From Mobula hypostoma (lineage: Eukaryota), in contig NC_086097.1 in NCBI RefSeq assembly GCF_963921235.1, positions 162,690,001 through 162,754,000 of the forward strand: a stretch of DNA of 64,000 nt. Direction: 5' to 3'. Position numbers and translations under genes: made by a program. A model generated the notes under the pieces. It did no database searches. It worked only from the letters and a program-made list of their open reading frames with translations, and had not been told where the DNA came from. Positions 50,735 through 63,276 of the stretch are shown one piece after another. How positions within the stretch are numbered: the stretch's first letter is position 1; each line of letters starts with the position of its first letter.

Positions 50735-53700
50735 ACAACTTATCAAGTAAAACTTACAATGAATGTAATGAGAACCCAGCAAAGAATAAGAAAGTCACTT
50801 TAGAGGTGAGAGGAAAACTCTTCATAAATCATTTGTTAATGTATTTGAAAAGCAAATGATGGATAATGCTATTTGAATATCAAATGAGAAAACAAAGTTG
50901 TTTTTTTTTCACTTTAGTTTGTTAGCCCAGCTTACTGCATTTATATTCCTGTTTTTGGCTTACCCAATACCCAGAACTTCCTACATTTAAGAAATATAAC
51001 TCATTAATCACATATTTAATATAGTAATATATCAATTGAGCACAAAATTAGTTTCAGTAATATGTTTAATATTCGAGCCATATAAAGTAGTTTGGTCATT
51101 GCTTGGGTGACAGTAGAAGAACAACTATTGATCTTAATGCAACAAATAATAATGATCCACTAATTCCTTTGTTCTTGATTAATATTCGGTGTTCTGTGTT
51201 TGTACATGGTGAAGACTGATTCTGGCTCAGGTATACTGTACTGTGACATAGTAAAGCAGCTTAATTTTTGCAGTATGTAATTGAGAGGTGTTGAATATGA
51301 AGTCATGTGCTTATCAGATCAGGCAACTGAATTCCAGCAGATGTCAATACATTCAGGAGAGCAAGAAGCTAGGTGGGGCACTTAGGGGGATTAAATGCAA
51401 AACCAACATTTTGCATTGAAGGAATGAATTCAATAACATTGTGTCTGTCAGGATCCATTTATGAAAATTATTGTTACATATTGTGTTTATGTTACTTGAC
51501 ATCCATTACTGATCTTTGCTTTCTAAGAGCATGTTCTAATGTAGAATAAAATTGATTTAAGAATTTTCTGGAAGTGGTTACTTTCTCCAAAGTTGGGCTT
51601 TGAGTTATTGAAGAGATATTACCATCATTAATATTTAAAATATAGTGCAGAGAACTGAAAGTTGTTATTTAATCGTTAGCCTGATTACCATAAATTTAAA
51701 TCAATATATGATGGAATTGATAAAGTCAGCATTGTTCATTTATAGCATGATGTGTTGAAAACCCTTTGCAGTCTGATAGACCTGGAACTGTAATAGATCA
51801 TTCTCCATTTTGTCTTGATGTGTCAGTAAACTTCTGGTTGATACAAGAGTAACATCTTACGCAATCTCCAATTTATTGTTTGTTCAATGAAAGCAATGGG
51901 GTGGAGTTTAGTCTCAGAGCATCGGATTTTGTGGAACTCTATGCAACTCTGATCTCAACTAGGTAACATACAGTACTTTCCATTCTTGTGACCTCTACCA
52001 CCGAGAATAACAAGGGCAGCAGGTACTTGGAAACACCAATAATTGGAGGTGTCCCACCATTATCCTGACTTTGAGATATATTATAATTTTTGCTTGGTCT
52101 AAGAGTTGGAACTTTCTCTTCATAGTCCTGCAGTAAACTGCATGAGTTCAAGAAAGTGGCTCACTATGTCCTTTTCAAGAGCTATTAAGTATGGGTAGTC
52201 TTGCTTGTGGTGCCCAAAGGCTGACATTTATTATCCATACTCAAAATAGAAATCTGATCAAGGTAATTTTGTAATTAGAATAAAAATAGATTAGAATAGA
52301 ACAATCAAAACTACTTCTACTATCTTGTTTCTAGGGTATATATAGCCTCTTCCTGCTTGTCAAAATAACCTTGGTACACAATTGGAGATTGTTGAAGTAC
52401 AGGATGTGAAATATTCTCATCATTTTATTGTAGAACAAAATCTTAATGTTTTATTGATAAATATTTATCTGGTCACTTGAGATTGATTACTGTTACTTTC
52501 TGGAAGTAATCGAATAGTGTTAAATACTGTGGAATCTGAAATCTGGTTCTTTTTCAAAGTTTCTCAAACTTTTCTCAAGATTTCAAGATTATATTTTCTG
52601 TTGATAAACCTCACGGTGTTTGGTTTCTAAAAGTTTAATTTAGTCTTTAACGTGTAATTACCTATTGTATTTAGGTGATGTTGCCATTGTTTCAATGGTC
52701 TACAATCACTCAATTTAAACATTCCAGGCAACTGCTGAAGCAAGGATGTTATAGTCTGATTAACAAAATCTTTTCATTTGAACCTGTATACCTCTAAGTT
52801 TTGAGTGATTTCCAAATGATATTATTTTCTTCTTAAATCTTGCTGAAACAGGTTACTGGAAAATTTCTACACCTCAATAATAGTGGAAGGAAATGCAAGT
52901 CTGCTAAAGTGTTCCAGACCAATCATATTTTAACTGCCTAGATGAAAACTAAAATAATTCACAATAAGGTTAAAGCAATGCCAGATGAACTGAGGAATAA
53001 AGAATAGGGATCACCTGAAGCAATGTGGATTGTAGAAGTTATAAAAATGAAATCTGAGAAAGGGAATGTGGTTTACATCTTGGCAAGCAATGAATGGGGA
53101 AGATCCAACATATTGATTTTTAGCTTAGAAGGAGGGTTATGTAGGCCATGTGGGATGCCAGCTGTGGAAGGAAGGAAAACAAAAATCTCAATGAAATATC
53201 AGCACTGATAGAAGAAGCCAAGATAAATTGATTATAGAGGATATATGCTGCTTATGATCAAACCCAGAACTGACCAAATGCCTTTCCCCTACTTTCAATG
53301 TTAGACCACCCTTTCTGAACCTTCTGTTGTGGATTCTAAAGACATTAGAATGTTCAAGAAATTTTGGGATTTAATCTGAATATATAAAAGGGCTCAAAAA
53401 GTATTGTATAAATCCATTAAACTTCACGAGTAATATTGAATCCAATCACGAGTATTGCTAAAATTATTTGCAGTGTCATGATATGCATTTATTTTTAGCA
53501 TGGCTAAATACAGAGAAACAACCCTTGCACCCTGTCAAAACAATGTGGCCTTAATGCAATCTCATACTTTCTAATGTACTTGAAGTAAAATAATTTCTAT
53601 GCTAGGCATATTTCCATTGCCCGGTGATACATTCTATGGGCATTTCTGTGAGAGGCAAATTTGTAATGTGCATCTGCTTCTATGATCCATGTCATAAGCA

Positions 53701-53935
53701 CCTTCATTTCGCCATCCCATTCTGTAAGTTGAAGTTTTTTCAACATGTACTCTCTCAAGCTATTTAGTCTCTGAAGGGAATAAATAGCACGTGATAAGGC
53801 CCACAATTCTGTGTTTTGCAATTCTGAACGGATTAAAACATTAACAGGAAAATACTTCAATGGTAATTTTCATCCACAATTCATGCTTTTTGGTCTTTAT
53901 ATACTGTTTATGCGATAAAAATTGCTTTTTTTTAG

Positions 53936-54096
53936 GAGACATCAAAAATCGTGAAATTGAAAGCCAGCAAAGCAACACTGAAGAAACAGAGGACCTGAAG
54001 TGGGACATCCCCTATTCAGAGTCTCTGATGGCAGCTCAGAAGGTACAGGAAACCAGAACCAATTGTCCAAAGAAGCCCAACAGCACAACACTACCT
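53936..54096 (+). CDS. ARHGAP28: ARHGAP18/28/40-family RhoGAP, coding exon D
   Basis: tttttttttAG acceptor, GTAAGT donor at 54097. Encodes DIKNREIESQQSNTEETEDLKWDIPYSESL...PNSTTLP, resembling the family L-x-x-[DE]-[VI]-[SP]-[YF]-[SA]-E and TLP segments. Phase 1 in, phase 0 out. Confidence 0.82.
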
Positions 54097-54641
54097 GTAA
54101 GTTGGAAGACTGATTCTACTAAAGCTACTTTATCTAACAACTTTAATAGCAGATGAGTTGACTTGCATGATATGCAAGGCATGTTTAAGCTAAGGCCAGA
54201 TTTAAAATCAAAGCCTGATACCCTAACCAAGCTTCCTCTGCAATCTCTGTGCAACTACCAAAAATAAACCTAAAGCTGCTCACTTTCCAGTAAAGTGCCA
54301 TGTGAAAGAATTAAAGATGAATATATATCTCTTCATGAAATTGCCTGCTCATAAGCTTTTAACACTTGTCAAAAAGAATAAAAAGGAAATTTAAAATGTG
54401 CACATTTTGGGAATCTGAAATAAAACCTGAAATGCTGGAATTAGTTAGTGAGGCATCATTTGTGGAAAGAGGAACAAAATTGTTATTTTTTTTCTCAGAT
54501 ACCTTCTTCAGAACAGTTCTTTGAGCTGAAATATCTCTTTGCACAGTTGCTGCCAGGCCTGCTGAGCATTGAACATTGTTCTGTCAAAGGAGTTAGGAAT
54601 TTAAGGAGTTCACTAATTGTGTGGATCTGTTTCATTTTCAG

Positions 54642-54807
54642 AAATTCACCATTCCGAAAGACAGACTGGGGGTAACACGGATTGGGGATCTGTCCTGTCA
54701 AGATATGAAAAAGATCCACAACCTTGCTTTAATAGAGATAACAACTTTTTATGATGCACTGGGACTAGAGCTGAAGAGGAACAGGCCAGTGAGGGTTAAG
54801 GCAAAGG
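54642..54807 (+). CDS. ARHGAP28: ARHGAP18/28/40-family RhoGAP, coding exon E
   Basis: ttttcAG acceptor, GTAAGT donor at 54808, 166 nt. Encodes KFTIPKDRLGVTRIGDLSCQDMKKIHNLALIEITTFYDALGLELKRNRPVRVKAK (family GDLSxQDMKK motif). Phase 0 in, phase 1 out. Confidence 0.93.
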
Positions 54808-55179
54808 GTAAGTTTCCTACCATATACTCGTTACTCTTTCCTGTACTGCAGAGAGGCAAATTGCATAAGTTTACAAAGCTCTAGGATTTTAAATGATTAC
54901 ATTATGGCTACCGATGTTTTGGCACTTGTTTTGCATCTCAGTAGCATTGAGGGGTGTGTTCCAGTGAAGTAGCTAAGAGATTGAAGTGAGATCATCAAGG
55001 GCAACTCCTAGAAACATGAAAGGATGTTGAAAAAAGAATTTCAGGACAGGAATAAAAATAAATATAAGGAACGTGGAAGTCCTTCTGTCTGGTAATCTAC
55101 ATGCTCCATTATTGTACTTTGAGTGCCATTAAAATTTTTTACATTTTGCTGATAGATTTAAGGAAAATAGGACAAATTA

Positions 55180-55420
55180 AGACTTGCTTTTGTACAGCTG
55201 TCCCCATGCTTTAGCATCCCAAACTGCTTTATGGTTGATGAAATTCTGAAATGTGATGGACAATTTGCACATTGTGTTCTTCAACAAGTATCTGTTTTTG
55301 TCAGGCTACTGAGGGTCAATTATTGGTCAGGGTTTTGGGAATGGTCCTTTTTTTTTTAAATAGTACCATAGTATACATTATGTACACTGGGAGAGCAGAT
55401 GGGGCCTTTCACAGAATCAA
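55180..55420 (-). mobile_element. Possible ancient Deu-domain SINE (SacSINE/AmnSINE-like) remnant
   Basis: Weak recalled similarity (caatttgcacattg; aaatagtaccat...gagagcagatggggcct). Similar weak matches near 4810-4940 and 11830-11950. Confidence 0.4.
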
Positions 55421-56199
55421 TTTTGTTTTATAATCCTGCTAGACTGCTCAGGTCTCCTAAATTTAAAAAAATCTCCCTCAAGATATAATTGGCAGGTCAG
55501 CTACATTACTAAACTGTGAAACTCAATACCTAAAACTGTGAAGGATGCAGACTCAGTTGACAATTTTAAACGTTAGCACAGAACCTATTTATTTAACCTG
55601 ACATCTTTTTGTCTTTTATTCTTTACTTTTTCTCGGTTCAGGCTGGGAAAACCTGGGGTATGGGCATAGCCAAGCACACCGATTTCTCAATTGCTAGGAA
55701 CTTTCAGACAACGCTAGTGGTGTTTAGCATTGTGGCTTTCTGGAGATTTACATAAATATTGCTGTTTCAGCCTAATTGTTTAATGCTATCATGTCGTGAC
55801 TTTGAGATGATACCAATTATAGATATTTTTTTATTATCACGCTATCTTGATCTGCTATTCATTGTGTATTTACTTGCATGAGGGGATATTGTGCTATAAA
55901 CTGTTGATGAGGTTGTCCCTGTATGCTGTCATGTCAGTCTCAAGTTCCATTACTCAATAATATACATGCATTATGAATGTGTGTACATTTTTGGAGATGA
56001 CTATTTCATGCATGTCTTTTTTTTCCCCTCAACTGCTTGATTGGTCTCAGTTTTAAGTGGCTATAAATATTATTATTTTTATTATTGTGTCAGTGCAGCA
56101 CTCCTCCAGAACTCTATTTTGGCAATCTAGCTATTTTGTGCTAAAAGGTTTTGGATTGAAACTTTATAGTTCTGAAGCTGAGAAAACAAAATGAATTAG

Positions 56200-57754
56200 C
56201 CACAAATGACATTTTATTGGAAATGGGGGTGAAGGAATTGAATGGTTAAACCTGAGGGTGAAATCAAATCATTAGCAAGAGGTGACATGGGGTCAGAAGA
56301 TGTTGAATCATTGTGGATAGAACCAAGGAATTGCAAGGGTAAAAAGACCCTGATGTGAGTTGTATACAGACCCCCAAACAGTAGTAAGAATGTGCCCTAC
56401 AAATGACAACGGGAGATAGAAAATGCAAGCCAAAAAGGCAGTGTTACAATAGTCATGGGGGACTTCAATATGCAGGTAGATTAGGAAAATCAGATTGGTG
56501 CTGGATCCCAGGTGGAAGAATTTCTAGAGTGCCTATGAGATGGCTTTTTAGAGAAGCTTGTGGTTGAGCCCACTAGGGGATCAGTTATCCTGGATTGGCT
56601 TTTGTATAATGAACCAGAATTGATTGGAAGAGAACACTGGCAGGGATGACGGCAGAGCAGCAATGGCTGGAATTTCTGGAAGCAATTTGGAATTCCGTCC
56701 CAAAGAGGAAGAAATATCCTAAATATTCTAAAGGAAAGATGACTAACAAGAGAGGTCAAAGTCAACATAAAAGCCAAAGGGAGTGTATATAACAGAGCAA
56801 ACATTAGTGGGAAGGTAGAGGATAGGGAAGCTTTGAAAAACCAACAGAAGGTAATTAAAAACGTCATTAAGAAGGTAAAGATGGAATATGAAAGTAAGCT
56901 AGCCAATAATTTTAAGTAGGATACCAGAAGTTTCTTCAGATACATAAAGTGTAAAAGAGAGGTGAGAGTGGATATTGGATCGCTGCAGAATGATGCTAGA
57001 GAGATAGTAATGGGGGACAAGAATATGGTAATCAAACTGAATAAGTATTTTGCATCATTCTTCACTGTGGAAGACACCAGAAGTGTGATGGAAGTTCCAG
57101 GTGTCAGGGGTCATGAAGTGTGTGAAATTACCCTAACTTTTCAAAAACTGATGGGTCCCTGGACCAGATGGTATACACCACAAAATTCTGAAGGAGGTGG
57201 CTGATGAGATTGTGGAGGGATTAGTAATGATCTTTCAAGAATCGCTAGATTCTTGAATGGTTCTGGAAGACTGGTAAATTGCAAATATCACTCCACTCTT
57301 CAAGAAGGGAGAGGGGCAGAAGAAAGGAAACTATAGGTCAGTTAGTCTGACATCAGTGGTTAGAAAGGGATTGGAGTTGATTATTAAGGACGTGGTCTCA
57401 GGGAACTTGGAGGCACATGATAAAATAGGCCATAGTCAGCATGGTTTCCTCAAGGGAAAATCCTGCCTGAGAAGTCTATTGACATTTTTTTGAAGAATAA
57501 CAAATATGATAGATAAAGGAGAATCGCTTGATGCTTTGTACTTGGATTTTCAGAAGACCTTTGACAAGGTGCCACACATGAGGCTGCTTAACAAGCTATG
57601 AGACCATTCTAGCATGATAAAGCAGTGGCTGATTGGCAGGAGGCAAAGAGTAGGAAGAAAGGGAGTATTTTCTGGTTGACTGCTGGTCACTAGTGGTGTT
57701 CCATAGGTTTCTGTGTTGGGACTGATTCTTTTTATATTGTATGCCAATGATTTG
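56200..57754 (+). mobile_element. CR1 LINE (APE to RT), left part
   Basis: VVYRPPNS and IVMGDFN (APE); GNYRSVSLTSVV and LYLDFQKTFDKVPH (RT). Confidence 0.85.
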
Positions 57755-59536
57755 TCATAGTCATACTTTATTGATCCCGGGGGAAATTGGTTTTCATTAC
57801 AGTTGCACCATAAATAATAAATAGTTAAATAGTAATATGTAAATTATGCCAGGAAATAAGTCCAGGACCAGCCTATTGGCTCAGGGTGTCTGACCCTCCA
57901 AGGGAGGAGTTGTAAAGTTTGATGGCCACAGGCAGGAATGACTTCCTATGACGCTCAGTGCTGCATCTCGGTGGAATGAGTCTCTGGCTGAATGTACTCC
58001 TGTGCCCAACCAGTACATTATGTCAGGACGAAGGCTCTTGGCCCGAAACGTTGACTGTACCTCTTCCTAGAGATGCTGCCTGGCCTGCTGCATTCATCAG
58101 CAACTTTGATGTGTGTTGCTTGAATTTCCAGCATCTGCAGAATTCCTGTTGTTTACATTATGTAGTGGATGGGAGACATTGTCCAAGATGGCATGCAACT
58201 TGGACAGCATCCTCTTTGCAGACACCACCGTCAGAGAGTCCAGTTCCATCCCCACAACATCATTGGCCTTACGAATGAGTTTGTTGATTCTGTTGGAGTC
58301 TGCTACCCTCAGCCTGCTGCCCCAGCACACAACAGCAAACATGATTGCACTGGCCACCACAGACTCGTAGAACATCCTCAGCATCGTCCGGCAGATGTTA
58401 AAGGACCTCAGTCTCCTCAGGAAATAGAGACAGCTCTGACCCTTCTTGTAGACAGCCTCAGTGTTCTTTGACCAGTCCAGTTATTGTCAATTCGTATCCC
58501 CAGGTCTTTGTAATCATCCACCGTGTCCACACTGACCCCCTGGATGGAAACAGGAGTCACCAGTACCTCAGCTCTCCTCAGGTCTACCACCAGCTCCTTA
58601 GTCTTTTTCACATTAAGCTGCAGATAATTCTGCTCACACCATGTCATGAAGTTTCCTACAGTAGCCCTGTACTCGACCTCATCTCCCTTGCTGATGCATC
58701 CAACTATGGCAGAGTCATCAGAAAACTTCTGAAGATGACAAGACTCTGTGCAGTAGTTGAAGTCCGAGGTGTAAATGGTGAAGAGAAAGGGAGACAAGAC
58801 AGTCCCCTGTGGAGCACCAGTGCTGCTAAGCACTCTGTCGGACACACAGTGTTGCAAGCACACGTACTGTGGTCTGCCAGTCAGGTAATCAAGAATCCAT
58901 GACACCAGGAAAGCATCCACCTGCATCGCTGTCAGCTTCTCCCCCAGCAGAGCAGGGCGGATGGTGCTGAACGCACTGGAGAAGTCAAAAAACATGACCC
59001 TCACAGTACTCGCTGGCTTGTCCAAGTGGGTGTAGACACGGTTCAGCAGGTAGACGATGGCATCCTCAACTCCTAGTCGGGGCTGGTAGGCGAGCTGAAG
59101 GGGATCTAAGTGTGGCCTGACCATAGGCCAGAGCAGCTCCAGAACAAGTCTCTCCGGGGTCTATAGTCATTGAGGCCCACTGGGGCGCGGCGTCTTCGGC
59201 ACAGGGACGAGGCAGGACGTCTTCCACAGCACAGGAACCCTCCAGAGCCTCAGGCTCAGGTTGAAGACATGGCGAAGTACTCCACATAGCTGAGGGGCAC
59301 AGGCTTTGAGCAACCTGGTACTGACACCATCTGGTCCTGCAGCCTTGCTCGGTTTGAGACGTTTCAGCTGTCTTCTCACCTGTTCAGCTATGAAGCCCAC
59401 CGTGGTTGTTTCATGTGGGGACGGGGTATAGTCATGATAGCAGGTGGGGGGCTGTGAGGAGGGGTAGGAGGGGAGAGTGGAATATGTGTTGGTTGGGGGC
59501 CGACAACAGATGACTCGTGGGGGATGGGCAGGGGCC
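57755..59536 (-). mobile_element. Young Rex1/Babar-type LINE, 5'-truncated, inserted in CR1
   Basis: KAAGPDGV, MFFDFSSAFSTI, GAPQGTVLSPFLFTIYT, KFSDDSAIVG; tail aataaagtatgactatgac; short TSD atttg at 57750-57754 and 59537-59541. Confidence 0.9.
58024..58153 (+). mobile_element. Penelope-terminus-derived short insertion inside Rex1
   Basis: gacgaaggctcttggcccgaaacgttgactg...ccagcatctgcagaattcc; exact 10-bp TSD tacattatgt at 58014-58023 and 58154-58163. Confidence 0.88.
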
Positions 59537-60450
59537 ATTTGGATGATGAAATTGATGATTTTGTTGCAAAGTTTGCAAACAATATGAAGCTAGGTGGAGG
59601 GGCAGGTAGTTTTGAGGAAGTAGAGAAGCTACAGAAGGGCTTAGACAGATTAGGAGAATGGACAAAGAAATGGCAGATAGAATAGTGTTGGGAACTGTAT
59701 GGTAATGCAGTTTGGTAGAAGAAATAAACTCTTTTCTCAATGGAGAGAAAATACAAAGAAACTGAGGCGTAAAGGGACTGGATTAATTTGCAGGTTGAGT
59801 CTGTGGTGAGGAAGGCAAATGTGATGTTTACATTCATTTCAAGAGGACTGGAATATAAAAGTAAGGATGTAATGTTGAGACTTTGTAAAGCACTGGTGAA
59901 GCATCACTTGGAGTACTGTGAGCTGTTTTGGGCCACTTATCTTTTTTTAAAAAAAAAAGGATGTACTGACATTGGAGATGGTTCAAAGGAGGTTCATGAA
60001 AATGATTCCAGGATTGAATGGCTTGTCATATGATGGCTCCAGGCCTGTATTCACTAGAATTCAGAAGAATGAGGGGTGACCTCATTGAAATCTGTTTAAT
60101 GAAAGTCATTGATTGAGTGCATGCGGAGAGGATGTTTCCTATAGCGGGAGAGTCTAAGACCAGAGAACACAGCCTCCAAATGGAGGGCATCCTTTTAGAA
60201 TGGAGATGAGGAGGAATTTCTTTAGCCAGAGAGTTTTGAATCTTTGGAATTCTTTGTCACAGGCAGCTGTGGAGGCCAAGTCTTTATGTATATTTAAGGC
60301 AGAGGCTGATAAATTCTTGATTGGTCAGGGCATGAAGGGAGAAGGCAGGAGATTGGGGCTGAGAGAAAAATTGGGTCAGCCATGATGAAATAGCAGAGCA
60401 GACTCCATGGGCCAAATGGCCTAATTCTGCTGCTACATTTTATGGTTGTA
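59537..60450 (+). mobile_element. CR1 LINE, right part (RT to 3' end)
   Basis: Resumes DLDDEIDDFVAKFANNMKL; EMRRNFFSQRVLNLWNSL. Confidence 0.85.
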
Positions 60451-60569
60451 GATTAAGGTTCTGGAGTTTAAAGACATACTAACAACTGCTGGTGAATGGG
60501 ACCAGTATGTGTTTGTATATTCATTCTCTGGTGTACGTGGACATAGTTGGCCAAAGGGCCTGGTTCTAT

Positions 60570-61050
60570 GCTGTACAAAATGGTGCTGAAAGGGTTCGTG
60601 AGGATGTTACTGGGATTGGAGGACCTGAGTTATTGGACAAGACTGGAATAGGCCATGACTTTTTCCAGGAGAGTAGTTGGCTCAGGTGTGACCTTATAGA
60701 GCTTATAAAATTCTGAAGGGCATCAATCGGGTGAATGGTCACACTCTTTATTCAAGGCGTGATGAATGTAAAACTGGAAGACGTAGATTGAAGGTGAGAG
60801 GGGAAAGCGTTAAAAGGAACTTAAATGAACCTTTCTCACACAGAGAGTGTTGGAAGGAGCTCTCAGATGAAGCTGAAGAGGTACAATTATAATTATAATT
60901 TTAATTATAATTACAATTATAATTTGTATTAAACAATTACATAGCTACCTGGATAGAAAAAGGTTTAGAGGAATGTGGGCCAAATGCAGACGTACAGGAT
61001 TAGCTCAGGTAGGTATCTTGGTCATTATGGACCATGCTGTATGACTTTGA
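60570..61050 (+). mobile_element. Old CR1 3' fragment containing an (AATTAT)n expansion at about 60885-60925
   Basis: WLRCDLIELIKF remnant and a CR1-type UTR. Confidence 0.65.
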
Positions 61051-61122
61051 TTCTTTAACTCTTTTTAAAAATAACTGGTAGATGTTCTAACAAAATGAAT
61101 TGCTTGATGTTTTGTTTTACAG

Positions 61123-61214
61123 AAACTGGTCTCTTTGGTGTTCCTCTCACAACATTGCTTGAAAATGATCAGAAGAAAGTTCCAGGAACAAAAATTCCTC
61201 TCATCTTTCAAAAA
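61123..61214 (+). CDS. ARHGAP28: ARHGAP18/28/40-family RhoGAP, coding exon F (start of RhoGAP domain)
   Basis: ttttacAG acceptor, GTAAGT donor at 61215, 92 nt. Encodes (E)TGLFGVPLTTLLENDQKKVPGTKIPLIFQK, the FGVPL...IP opening of RhoGAP domains. Confidence 0.93.
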
Positions 61215-61964
61215 GTAAGTGCAATAGTTAAAGAGAAATGTCTAATTGGAATCATATTTAACATCTGCTTGCTGCGCTACTTAGCTGCAAGAGAAGGATA
61301 GCAAGGGGGGGCCATAGTGCATGTAACATTTAATCAGACCTTGAGCATGAAACCATGCTGTAGATTGCACAGATACACAGCAATCAATGTCTGCAAAATA
61401 AATAAAAAGAAGTTTGAGTTGGGATTTTGCAGGCTGGGTTTTAGTTTGTGAATTATTGTCAAAGGTATCTTTTGCATGTGTTGTAGACAGTCTCCCACTG
61501 ATTAACAGTTGCTGGAGAATATTGTAGTCTAATCCCCTCCTGATGATTGTCTTGGCTCCGAATCAACAAGCACTTCCTCTGTTTAGTGGGGTCAGTGTGT
61601 GGTGGAGAGGGCACTCGTGCTTTGATGCCTGACGCACTACTTCAGCAGGAGTCCACACTGTTTTTAAGTTACCATGATTCTAGTTAAACATTTGAAAACT
61701 TGGGTCTCCCTTGACTTCCTTGTCAATTGGTGATTTATGGTCCCTTGCATTTTTTTTTCTCCAGGTAGATTGAACCTGGAAAACTAAATTTCATATAAGC
61801 TTAATAAGCTTAATTCAGTCAGCAAAGTCATGCTGAGTTTATTGTCAATTGTGCAAGTATGGTGAGGAATGAGTACAATGGAAAAACTCGCAGCAGTTTT
61901 ATAGGCACGTAGATTCAGACAACACACAGAACACAAGTTATACATAAATTGTACATATGAAATT

Positions 61965-62395
61965 GCTTGTCATATGAAGAGTGTTTGATGGCTCAGAGCC
62001 TGTATTCACCCGAATTCAGAAGAATGAGGTCTGATATAACCTATCGTATAATGAAAGGCCTTGATAGAGTGAATGTGGAGAGGATGTTTCCTTTGGTGGG
62101 AGAGTCTGAGAGCAGAGGACTCAGCCTCAGAATAGAGGGGTGTCCTTTTAGAACCGAGCTGAGGAGGAATTTCTTTAACGAGAGTGGTGAATCTGTGGAA
62201 TTCTTTGCCACAGGAGGCCAGGTCTTTATGTATTTTCAAGGCAGAGGTTGATAGGTTCTTGATTTGTCAGAGCATGAAGGGATATGGGAAGAAGGCAGGA
62301 GATTGGGGCTGAGAGGAAAATTGGATCAGCCATGATGAAATGGCAGAGCAGACTGAATGGGCCAGTTGACCTAATTCTGCTGCTGTATATGGTCT
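61965..62395 (+). mobile_element. CR1 3' end (same subfamily as 60000-60450), nested in a minus-strand Rex-type tail (about 61830-62700)
   Basis: SYEECLMAQSLYSPEFRRMR...RGLSLRIEGCPFRTELRRNFF. Confidence 0.82.
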
Positions 62396-63276
62396 AAATT
62401 ATATAAGACAATGAAGAAAAAGACAGCAAAAAAAAACAAAAGGAAAGGAAATGTCTAAGAGGTAGAATTAGGATTGTGCAGGTCGGTTAACAACCTGACG
62501 GTTGTAGGGATAGTAGCTGTTCCTGAACCTAGTAGTGTGGGAGTTCTGGCTTCTGTACCTTCTGCCTGATGGATGGTGGGGATCCTTGAAGATAGATGCT
62601 GTCGTCTTGAAGCAGAGCATCATGTAGGTGCTTCCATGGTGGTGAGGGCTGTGGCTATTCTAGTCCAGGCTGTGTTCACTGTTCTCTTTTGCCTCTGGTG
62701 TTCCTGTCAATAAGGTAGAGCTGGGATACTGTGTAAGCAAGGAGGGTTTTGGAGGGTCAGCCACTGGAATCCAGCTGGAAAATGGCAACTTCCCTATGTT
62801 TTCAATTTGGAAATTTGCAGTGAATAGAATTGATTTTGAGAAGTCGAGTTCAATGCACTCTTGTTAGCAAATCATTAATTCTGTGAGTGCAACAAAGGAG
62901 TTACTTTGTCTGTCCCCTTTAAATATTGGTTTTGGGTTCAGAGTGATATCTCATTGAAGTCCTCATCTCAAGTACTAAGCCTTTTTTTTGGCTTGAATTT
63001 TTAAAATAATTTTGATTGGCAATCTTGGGCCAATGGGTTTAGTGTAACTAGCTGGTGTCATGTCAGTGATGAAGGGTATTAGTCAAGTGCTAGAAAATGA
63101 GATTAACTTGAATGTACATCTTGGTTGGCATGGACAACTATGGGCCAAACATAAACACAAGTAGTTCTACTTGTTCCCTTCATTCAATGCTCCTGACCTG
63201 CTGAGTTCCTCCAGCATTTTGTGTATGTTGTATTGCCCAAAGGGCTCTTTTCTGTGGTGTGCAACTCTGTAATAGT

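Noticed and set aside
52675..52945. Candidate acceptors at about 52674 and 52851 for additional linker exons
   Set aside because: Early in-frame stops in the required phase and no convincing donor.
54400..54585. Possible very old foldback element of the Penelope-terminus type before exon E
   Set aside because: Only scattered motif similarity (aaatgctggaa, gctgccaggcctgctgagcatt), with no hammerhead or TSD recoverable.
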